Shown piece after piece: positions 27,841 through 35,788 of a DNA stretch of 64,000 bases. Both the position numbers and the translations under genes were made by a program. How positions within the stretch are numbered: position 1 is the first letter of the stretch; the number at the start of each line of letters is the position of its first letter. The notes under the pieces were generated by a model. The model made no database searches. It was given only the letters and a program-made list of their open reading frames with translations, and was not told the DNA's origin. The DNA is from Paludibacter sp. (GTDB lineage Bacteria; Bacteroidota; Bacteroidia; Bacteroidales; Paludibacteraceae): NCBI GenBank assembly GCA_017882285.1, contig JADGPS010000005.1, forward strand, positions 2,680 to 66,679, read 5' to 3'.

Positions 27841-30684
27841 CTATTTCTTCACCAACTTTCTTTCAACAGTTCCTTCGGTGATTATAATCTTAACAATATA
27901 CATACCTTTGGAGAGAGTACTTATCGATACAGATTCATTGCCAGTGACTTGTTTAGTAAGTATTTCTTTACCACTAATATCCGTAAATTTTAAAGATGCT
28001 TTTCCAACAAGGCCGTTAATATGAAAACTTTCTGATGCAGGATTTGGATAAACTTTTATTGAATTATTCAATTCTGTTTGTTCAATATCTGAAGCTAATG
28101 TAAAGTTTGCGGTAACATTTTTATTTGAATTCATGATTACTGTTACCGAAGGATTTGTTCCTGTAGCATCTCCACTCCACGAAGTAAATATATAACCTGT
28201 ACTTGCAGTTGCAGTAAGTACAACCGAAGCTCCACTTGCGTAACTACCTAAATTAGGATTTCTCTGTACCGTTCCATTTACTGCCGTAACATTTAACACG
28301 AAAGTACCTGCTGTTGCAAATTCCACTATATTCGCAAAATCTTTCCATTGTGCCGCTGCCTGATATAAACTTTTTGAACCTATGGGCACATAAAGTATAC
28401 AAGTGGCTTTATTCACATAATCGAATACCCAACTTGATGCACTTATATTCACAGGTACGGTGGAATACGCATAAATTGAAGTTAAACCAAGGCAAGCATA
28501 AAATGCCCGACTTCCTATCGATGTAATTGACGAAGGGATGGTAATGCTCGTTAAACTACTGCAACCCCCAAAAGCACCAAATCCTATAGATGTAACTGAC
28601 GAAGATATGGTAACGCTTTTTAAGCCACTGCAAGATGCAAATGCAGCACCTCCTATCGATGTAACTGATGAGGGGATGGTAACGTTCATTATACCACTAC
28701 AATATGCAAATGCAGCATCTCCTAAAGATGTAACTGACAAAGGAATTGTAACGCTCGTTAAACCAAAGCAATAATAAAAAGCATAATTTCCTATCGAAGT
28801 AACTGACGAAGGTATGGTAACACTCATTAAACTAGTGCAATATTCAAATGCATCGTCTCCTATAGATGTAACTGACGAAGGTATTATATAATTGCCGGTT
28901 TTACCACTCGGATACTGAACCAGGTTAAGTTGGTTTTTATCGAACAAAACCCCGTTTATGCTGGAGTAATTTGGATTAGTAGTTTCTACATGTATGGAAG
29001 TTAAACTACTGCAATCTGTAAATGGACCAAATCCTATAGATGCAACTGACGAAGGTATTGTAACATTTGTTAAACCACTGCAACCACAAAATGCCCAATA
29101 TCCTATTGATATAACTGACGAGGGTATTGTGATGCTTGTTAAACCAATGCAAGCATAAAATGCACTACCACCAATAGATGTAACTGACGAGGGTATTGTG
29201 ATGCTTGTTAAACCACTGCAAGCATAGAATGCACCACCTCCTATCGATGTAACTGACGAAGGCATTGTAACGCTCTTTAAACCACTGCAATATTCAAATG
29301 CATCGTCTCCAATAGATGTAACTGACGAAGGTATTGTAATGCTTGTCAAACCACAAGCATAAAATGCCTGACTTCCTATAGATATAACTGAATTAGGCAT
29401 TCTAACCGCTTTTAAATTTGTTTTTCCAGGATATTTAGTAAAAGCCTGTCGCGGTATTTCATTGGCAGGATAATCCTCTGTGACAGTTGCTTTTATCAAC
29501 AATTTAACTTGTTGAGCAGGCATTTTATTCAATGGATGATCAAAGACAGGTTCTTTAGCCGTATTTTTTGCTTGGAAACCCGTCGATTTAACTCCTGCAG
29601 GTCCAGCAGAACCTGAATAGGCTATTATGGCTGTCCCGCTTAAATCAATATTGGTCAATGCCGGCATATCATCCCTCATGGTTCTAAAATCGCGCGCATC
29701 GAGGATACCATTGATGGCAAGGTTATTAACGATATTTAATTCACCGGCAGTTAAAGCAGTGGATAAAGTACCGGCAGCAGTTAACTGAATAGTTTTGGAA
29801 ACAGAAAAATCCCTTTCTACGATATTCGTAAAATCTTGCCATAATGCAGTCGATTGATATAATTCTTTAGAACCAATAGGAACTGCAACAATGCATTTGG
29901 CTTTATCTACTCCATAAAATGTATTTGCATCCAAGGTTGGCGGTGTGCTCCGTACTAATGATAAGGAAGTAAGCCCTAAACAATTTTGAAACGAATAGTT
30001 GCTGATATAATTTACAGAGTTACCTATCGTGATCGAATCTAATTTATTACAAAACCTAAATGCAGGTGGAATAATTGATGTAACTGTTGCAGGAACAACG
30101 TACGAACCAGCTTTATTTTGAGGATATTGAAGTAATGTAGTTTGATTTTTATTAAAAAGTATTCCATCAATACTGCTATAATTGGGATTTGACGTATCAA
30201 CAATAAAATCGGTAATTCCATTACATGGAGAAAAAGCATACCCGCCAATATTAATAAGGGTACTTGGTATTATTATTTTTCCTTTCAATCCACTGCCTTG
30301 AAAAGCATAATCTCCAATAGTTCTAATTGAAATTGGAATAGTTATCGAAGATATGCTATTGCTTTGAAATGCGCAAGCAGGTATACCATTTTCGGGATAA
30401 TTGATAATACTTGTACCGGAAGTTCCTCCTGAGCCGAAATAAGCGGCAATATTGACACTGCTTATCTCTAAAACTGCCAATGCAGGCATATTATCACGCA
30501 TAGTTTTAAAATCACGCGCATCAATCGTTCCGGTAATAGTGATGTCAGTAACTGTATTAAGTTCATTTGCAGTTAAAACAGTAGATAAAGTACCGGCAGT
30601 GCTAATGTCTACCGTTTTAGTAACTTGTGATTGCCCTATCAGGGCAAAACCTAAAATAAAGAAAAGGGTAATAATTTTTCTCAT
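27841..30684 (-). CDS. BspA-type (LRR_5) leucine-rich-repeat surface protein with InlB B-repeat-like domain and T9SS type-A CTD
   Basis: Probable start MRKIITLF at 30684; many 23-aa LTSITIPSSVTSIG..AF..C repeats; SWSGDATG module; VYPNP...GMYIVK CTD. Confidence 0.9.
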   Translation of the reverse strand: MRKIITLFFILGFALIGQSQVTKTVDISTAGTLSTVLTANELNTVTDITITGTIDARDFKTMRDNMPALAVLEISSVNIAAYFGSGGTSGTSIINYPENGIPACAFQSNSISSITIPISIRTIGDYAFQGSGLKGKIIIPSTLINIGGYAFSPCNGITDFIVDTSNPNYSSIDGILFNKNQTTLLQYPQNKAGSYVVPATVTSIIPPAFRFCNKLDSITIGNSVNYISNYSFQNCLGLTSLSLVRSTPPTLDANTFYGVDKAKCIVAVPIGSKELYQSTALWQDFTNIVERDFSVSKTIQLTAAGTLSTALTAGELNIVNNLAINGILDARDFRTMRDDMPALTNIDLSGTAIIAYSGSAGPAGVKSTGFQAKNTAKEPVFDHPLNKMPAQQVKLLIKATVTEDYPANEIPRQAFTKYPGKTNLKAVRMPNSVISIGSQAFYACGLTSITIPSSVTSIGDDAFEYCSGLKSVTMPSSVTSIGGGAFYACSGLTSITIPSSVTSIGGSAFYACIGLTSITIPSSVISIGYWAFCGCSGLTNVTIPSSVASIGFGPFTDCSSLTSIHVETTNPNYSSINGVLFDKNQLNLVQYPSGKTGNYIIPSSVTSIGDDAFEYCTSLMSVTIPSSVTSIGNYAFYYCFGLTSVTIPLSVTSLGDAAFAYCSGIMNVTIPSSVTSIGGAAFASCSGLKSVTISSSVTSIGFGAFGGCSSLTSITIPSSITSIGSRAFYACLGLTSIYAYSTVPVNISASSWVFDYVNKATCILYVPIGSKSLYQAAAQWKDFANIVEFATAGTFVLNVTAVNGTVQRNPNLGSYASGASVVLTATASTGYIFTSWSGDATGTNPSVTVIMNSNKNVTANFTLASDIEQTELNNSIKVYPNPASESFHINGLVGKASLKFTDISGKEILTKQVTGNESVSISTLSKGMYIVKIIITEGTVERKLVKK

Positions 30685-30783
30685 TGTCGTTCTATTTTGA
30701 AAGTTATTTAAAAAAAAATATTCCAAAGCTTGATTCTTGTTATAAGTCACTAATAATTTTACATAATATTTTATCTCTTGGTT

Positions 30784-32277
30784 TCAATAATCCCTAACGC
30801 AACGCAAAGATAAACCATTACTATTCAGTGTCATTCCATATAAAGTTGTTAAGTTACAATCCTGAAAATCTCCTTCATAACACCACATCCCGATACTTAT
30901 TCCAAAACCCATGAATCCAGTAGCGGGGAAACGCCAGCCTGCCGGAAGAGCTTCCAATGCTTTTTGAAGAGAACCAAAAGTATCTAAATTGGTTCTTACA
31001 TAATCTTTGAGAGTTACCCAGTCAGCATCTGTAGAAACATGCCAACCTATAGGACAAATACCACGACTGTCGATTGTTGCATACCAGGTATATAATCGTC
31101 CATAAAGAGCCACATTATTTTCGTCTCCATTGGGTGCCCATTGGTATTTTGGGTTAGTTTCATGATAAACGTCTAATGTAGCAGGAATGGTTGTTCCTAT
31201 AATATCGCCATTGCGATATCTGGTAGTTTTCAAATTTTCTGCCATCCATACCTGAGTGCCTATAGTTACCGTATTGTAAACATTACCATCAATATCTGTC
31301 ATTCCTGTTGTAGTAAACGAAATTTGATTACCATAAGCGGTTCCTTCACTATTGGTGGCATAGGCCCGTACACAGTAAGTTGCTCCGGCAGTTAAATTAG
31401 CAATAGAACTTGTAAATGAACCAATGCCATTTCCTAAAATTATCTTTGTGTTTAAATTTATAGTTGGATTTTGACTGGTACTCCATACTATGCCATTTTC
31501 CATAACATAGAAGCCTTTATCATCGGTTATATTTGTTCCGATACTAACACTTGTATTTGTAATATTAGCCGGCGAAGTAGTGGTCAATACTGCCAGTCCA
31601 TCTCCCGTTGTAAAAGACTTTACATCTCCATAAAATGTCCCTGTTTTGTATGTGGCATATGCTCTTACATTGTAAGTTGTAGATTTTTGAATATCAAAGA
31701 TATTGACTGTAAAATCTCCTTTTCCATTCCCGGCTGCGATTGAATTGTTGTTTTTTGTGGGTAAAGGTTGAGTTGAGTAACAGATACCCCTTGAGATAAT
31801 AGAAGATCCGGTTCCTTCTGTCGTAATAGTGCCACCGGATACTGCTGAGTAAACCCCTACATTGGTAGGTATAGCTGTAGAAATTGAAATTCCTTTTGTT
31901 TTGAAATTTTTTTCTGATCCGTAAGAAACACCACCTTTATTGATTGCGTAACTTCTAACATAGTACTTTGCACCCGGTTTTAAACCTGTAATTGTATCTG
32001 AAAATTCTTTCAACTGATCACCATGAATTGTTTTTAAGCTATCAATAGTAGGATTTTGGGTTGTATTCCAACACATACCATGTGAAGTAATGTCAGTTCC
32101 TCCATCTGAGATTATCTTTCCACCACAAATAGCTGTCGCCTCAGTAATAACTGTGACATCGTCAGTAGTTAAAATGGCTTGTAAATATTCTTTCTCGCAT
32201 CCAAAAGAAATAAGAAGCACCATTAACAATAAAAACACATTTAATTTTTGTAAAGTTAGATTTTTCATAATTCGCAA
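30784..32277 (-). CDS. Lipoprotein with FN3-like repeats and FISUMP (Fibrobacter major paralogous) domain
   Basis: Lipobox SFG-C; three Y.VR.YA....G..YG...F.T repeats; DIDGNVYNTVTIGTQVWMAENLK, GRLYTWYA, GLSLRCVRD. Confidence 0.85.
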   Translation of the reverse strand: MRIMKNLTLQKLNVFLLLMVLLISFGCEKEYLQAILTTDDVTVITEATAICGGKIISDGGTDITSHGMCWNTTQNPTIDSLKTIHGDQLKEFSDTITGLKPGAKYYVRSYAINKGGVSYGSEKNFKTKGISISTAIPTNVGVYSAVSGGTITTEGTGSSIISRGICYSTQPLPTKNNNSIAAGNGKGDFTVNIFDIQKSTTYNVRAYATYKTGTFYGDVKSFTTGDGLAVLTTTSPANITNTSVSIGTNITDDKGFYVMENGIVWSTSQNPTINLNTKIILGNGIGSFTSSIANLTAGATYCVRAYATNSEGTAYGNQISFTTTGMTDIDGNVYNTVTIGTQVWMAENLKTTRYRNGDIIGTTIPATLDVYHETNPKYQWAPNGDENNVALYGRLYTWYATIDSRGICPIGWHVSTDADWVTLKDYVRTNLDTFGSLQKALEALPAGWRFPATGFMGFGISIGMWCYEGDFQDCNLTTLYGMTLNSNGLSLRCVRDY

Positions 32278-32324
32278 TATTTAGAATGTAATCTTAATAT
32301 TTCTTGCCTACTCTCCCGCTTTTT

Positions 32325-32372
32325 CGGCTTTCGCTCCCTACTCTGTTTCGGATTTTCGGGGATGTTCCGTTC
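32325..32372. repeat. 48-bp direct repeat, copy 1 (3' side of Kelch gene)
   Basis: TCGGCTTTCGCTCCCTACTCTGTTTCGGATTTTCGGGGATGTTCCGTT; 42/48 identical to 33575-33622. Confidence 0.85.
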
Positions 32373-32376
32373 AGGT

Positions 32377-33528
32377 TTATTGTTTTATAAATTTTTTTGT
32401 TATTATTCCACTTTTATTCTGTATTTGAATTAAAAAAATTCCGACTGGCAATTTTTTCACATCAATTTGATTATCACGAATCTGTTTATGTATAAACACT
32501 TTGCCACTTAAATCAGATATTGTAGCATCTGAGACTTGGATTAATCCGGCAATATTCAAAATGCTATTTGATTGATTCATATAAATTTTGAAATTATCAA
32601 CCATATTGTTAGAAAGCCCTGACAACAATCCGTCTGAGACTTGAAGACTTGACAAAGCACTGTTACTATAAGAACTTTGATTTCCACCCATTACATACAG
32701 TTTTCCATTTAATGCCACAGTTCCGGCATGTCTTCTACCAATCAAATTGCTTTGAACTGTTGCAAATTCATTTTTAACCACATCATAATAAGCCAGATAA
32801 GTCAGTATTGTATAATCACCCACAATCCATATTTTATTATCCCAATAAGTAGTGGCATGTGCCGAAACGCCTTGCGGCATATTCATAATAAAAGTCCATG
32901 TATTGGTCTGAATATCATACATATCAATTCGTGTCGAAACCGAACCATTATAACCGCCAATCACATATAGTTTCCCATTTACTATTTCCCCTTTTGTTTG
33001 TTTCCCTTCAGGCATACTTGCCAGTTCAGTCCAAACTTCAGTTGCAGGATCGAAAACATATAGTTTATTGGAATTTACAATGCCCTGACTTCCCCCGAAA
33101 ACATATATTTTATTGTTCCATACTGCCGAGCCGGATTGTTCTACAGGGTTGGGATTATCGGTTGAATAAGTAATGCTTCCGGTTGTCAGGTCAACAACTT
33201 CCATTTTGGCATTGTATGAAGTACTTGAATATCCATTAAAAATATACAATTTGTTCCCGATTACTTTTGAAGCAGTATACCTTTTGGGTATTAAAGAGTT
33301 TGCAAATACTGTCCATGAATCGGTTGAAATATTATATTTTTCAATTTCGGTGGTATATCCTGCTGTAAAAGTAAAACCGCCGTTGACATATATATTCGCA
33401 CCATCTGTAGCACTTGAAATCAATCCACGAGCAACATTCATGTTAGCTCCATTATGAAAACTAATTTGTGCTGTTGTTAAATTGCCACTTATAAGATAGA
33501 TTGCAAGAATAAAAGTAATTCTTTTCAT
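32377..33528 (-). CDS. Kelch-repeat beta-propeller protein with T9SS type-A CTD
   Basis: IYVFGG, LYVIGGY, LYVMGG Kelch motifs; C-terminal LPVGIFLIQI...TKKFIKQ. Confidence 0.88.
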   Translation of the reverse strand: MKRITFILAIYLISGNLTTAQISFHNGANMNVARGLISSATDGANIYVNGGFTFTAGYTTEIEKYNISTDSWTVFANSLIPKRYTASKVIGNKLYIFNGYSSTSYNAKMEVVDLTTGSITYSTDNPNPVEQSGSAVWNNKIYVFGGSQGIVNSNKLYVFDPATEVWTELASMPEGKQTKGEIVNGKLYVIGGYNGSVSTRIDMYDIQTNTWTFIMNMPQGVSAHATTYWDNKIWIVGDYTILTYLAYYDVVKNEFATVQSNLIGRRHAGTVALNGKLYVMGGNQSSYSNSALSSLQVSDGLLSGLSNNMVDNFKIYMNQSNSILNIAGLIQVSDATISDLSGKVFIHKQIRDNQIDVKKLPVGIFLIQIQNKSGIITKKFIKQ

Positions 33529-33574
33529 ATTTTTTATTTAATTGTCATTGTTTATAAATTATTTCACACCTCAA

Positions 33575-33622
33575 TCGGCTTCCGCTCCCTGCCTTTTTTC
33601 GGATTTTCGGGGTTGTTCCGTT
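33575..33622. repeat. 48-bp direct repeat, copy 2 (5' side of Kelch gene)
   Basis: TCGGCTTCCGCTCCCTGCCTTTTTTCGGATTTTCGGGGTTGTTCCGTT. Confidence 0.85.
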
Positions 33623-33635
33623 TATATATAGAGTA

Positions 33636-33950
33636 GAGACGCCATTTCTCAACCGAAAGACCCTATTTCGTAATCGAGAGATACAATTTCTCAATCAAGA
33701 GTTGCTATTTCGCAACCAAGAGAAGCGATTTCGCTACCGTGAGACGCTATTTCGCAACCCAGAGACCCTATTTCGCAACCAAGAGACGCTATTTAGCAAC
33801 CGAGAGACGCCATTTCGCTATCAAGAGAAGCGATTTCGCTACCGAGAGACGCTATTTCGCAACCCAGAGATTCAATTTCGTAACCAAGAGACGCTATTTA
33901 GCAACCAAGAGACGCTATTTCTTGACTATGAGAAGCGATTTCGCTACTTA
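33636..33950. repeat. Tandem array of 15 degenerate 21-bp units (consensus GAGACGCTATTTCGCAACCAA)
   Basis: Units contiguous with no spacers; 105-bp higher-order period. Confidence 0.95.
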
Positions 33951-34381
33951 GTTCTATTAAACATCAAAACCTCTGAATGAAATTTACATTCCACCCAAAG
34001 GTTAACCCTATTTCAAGACTACAAAAACTGATTTGAAGTCAATATTTTGGTTTGAATTAATTTCTTTTTTGATAATTTTTTCTAATAAACGTGAGGATTC
34101 ACGCGGAATTGCGGGATGATGAAAATCACAGGATAGACTTTCGAAGTGGAGTGAAAGTTTCATAGAATAAGCAGGTTACAGATTTATGCTTCCAAATATA
34201 ATTAAAGTTATTTATAAATAGTTCACAAAACAATTTTTTTTTATAAATATTTTTTGAGGATATAAAAAAATGCCATTAAAAGCTGTTTTTCACTGTTTTG
34301 AATGTAATTAATCCTAATTTTGCCATCTCTGCATTGCAAAATAGAAATATTATATTAATTTTGTAGCCTAAAAAATGCATA

Positions 34382-35560
34382 ATGGAGGCGTTTTATAAAA
34401 CACATACTTATTTAGTTGAACGTGTGCAGTCACCTGTAAGGCGTTTGTTGGTGGACGAAATTGACTGGACGCACCGCCTGATTGGTATCAAAGGCAGTCG
34501 CGGTGTGGGGAAGACAACCTTTTTACTCCAATATGCCAGGGATCATTTTGGTACCGACCGCACTTGTTTATATGTCAATTTCAATAACTTCTATTTCACT
34601 GAACATACTTTGGTTGAATTTGCCGGAGAATTTTGTGCTCAGGGAGGAAAAACCCTTCTACTCGATCAAATATTTAAATACGAAAACTGGTCGAGTGAAT
34701 TACGTGAATGTTATGACCGTTTTCCCGAACTGCATATCGTTTTTTCCGGTTCGTCGGTTATGCGTTTGAGAGAAGAAAATGCTGATCTTCAGGATGTAGT
34801 AGCTTCTTATAATTTACGTGGATTCTCATTCAGAGAGTTTTTGAATTTACAAGCCGGAACAAGTTTTCCTTCGTATTCTCTTGAAGAAATTATGCGCAAT
34901 CACGTGCAAATTGCTCAGGAAATTTGTAGGCAAGTTAAACCGCTCGAATATTTTCAACCTTATTTGCATCACGGTTTTTATCCTTTCTTTCTGGAAGATA
35001 AGAATTTTTCCGAAAACCTGCTGAAAACTATGAACATGATGATGGAAGTGGATATTTTGCTTATCAAGCAAATTGAATTAAAATACCTGACTAAAATACG
35101 GAAATTACTTTATTTAATTATGAATTCTGCTCCCGGAGCTCCCAATGTAAGTCAGTTAAGCAAAGAAATTGAAACTTCGCGGGCAACCATCATGAATTAC
35201 ATCAAATACCTGAAAGATGCCCGTTTGTTGAATACATTGTATGTCGAAGGAGATGAATATCCGAAAAAACCGAATCAGGTGTATGTACACAATACGAATC
35301 TGATGCACGTTGTAAGTCCGGAAAATGTTGATAAAACGGCTGAACGCAAAACATTTTTTTACAATGCTTTACATGCATGTCACAAAGTGAATATGTGTAA
35401 ATATCAGATGGATTTTTGTATTGATCAGCAATATCATTTCAAGTGTGAAAACAGACCGGAAACCGGAAAACATTATTCAAAAGCAAATTATGCTGCCGAT
35501 AATATTGAGGTGGGAAATAAAAATGAAATACCTTTGTGGTTGTTCGGATTCCTCTACTGA
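34382..35560 (+). CDS. AAA_14 family ATP-binding protein (DUF4143-like C-terminus)
   Basis: GSRGVGKTT Walker A, LLLDQIFKY Walker B region, VFSGSS, HHGFYPF; -7 box TAATTTTG at 34356-34363. Confidence 0.85.
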   Translation: MEAFYKTHTYLVERVQSPVRRLLVDEIDWTHRLIGIKGSRGVGKTTFLLQYARDHFGTDRTCLYVNFNNFYFTEHTLVEFAGEFCAQGGKTLLLDQIFKYENWSSELRECYDRFPELHIVFSGSSVMRLREENADLQDVVASYNLRGFSFREFLNLQAGTSFPSYSLEEIMRNHVQIAQEICRQVKPLEYFQPYLHHGFYPFFLEDKNFSENLLKTMNMMMEVDILLIKQIELKYLTKIRKLLYLIMNSAPGAPNVSQLSKEIETSRATIMNYIKYLKDARLLNTLYVEGDEYPKKPNQVYVHNTNLMHVVSPENVDKTAERKTFFYNALHACHKVNMCKYQMDFCIDQQYHFKCENRPETGKHYSKANYAADNIEVGNKNEIPLWLFGFLY

Positions 35561-35569
35561 AAAAGATGG

Positions 35570-35607
35570 CCCCAAACCCTGCCTGCGGCAGGCATGCCCT
35601 AAAGGGG
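35570..35607. repeat. Family-B repeat (CCCCAAACCCCTAAAGGGG type) with a family-A REP inserted
   Basis: CCCAAACCC-TGCCTGCGGCAGGCATGC-CCTAAAGGGG; related copies at 25401-25413, 35686-35707, 35752-35771, 42056-42074. Confidence 0.65.
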
Positions 35608-35788
35608 CTTTAAAACTGGGTTTTATTAAGAAAATGGAATTAGGAAATAAGAAATAATTAGAAATAAATCAATACTAACTTTTGTTCCCTTTTGGGGATT
35701 AGGGGTTATTAAATACAAAAAAAATAAACAATTAATACTAACATCTCTTACTCCCCTTTAGGGATTGGGGGTTTAAATTACTAACAAA

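Noticed and set aside
28400-29400. Diversity-generating retroelement target in the LRR repeats
   Set aside because: No reverse transcriptase or template repeat in the window; differences are not adenine-specific by inspection
33636-33950. CRISPR array
   Set aside because: Units are contiguous and degenerate with no unique spacers, and no cas genes are nearby
33702-33980. ORFs 33702-33980 and 33739-33951 as genuine genes
   Set aside because: Openness follows from the stop-free 21-bp unit; overlapping frames and weak starts; kept only as a repeat
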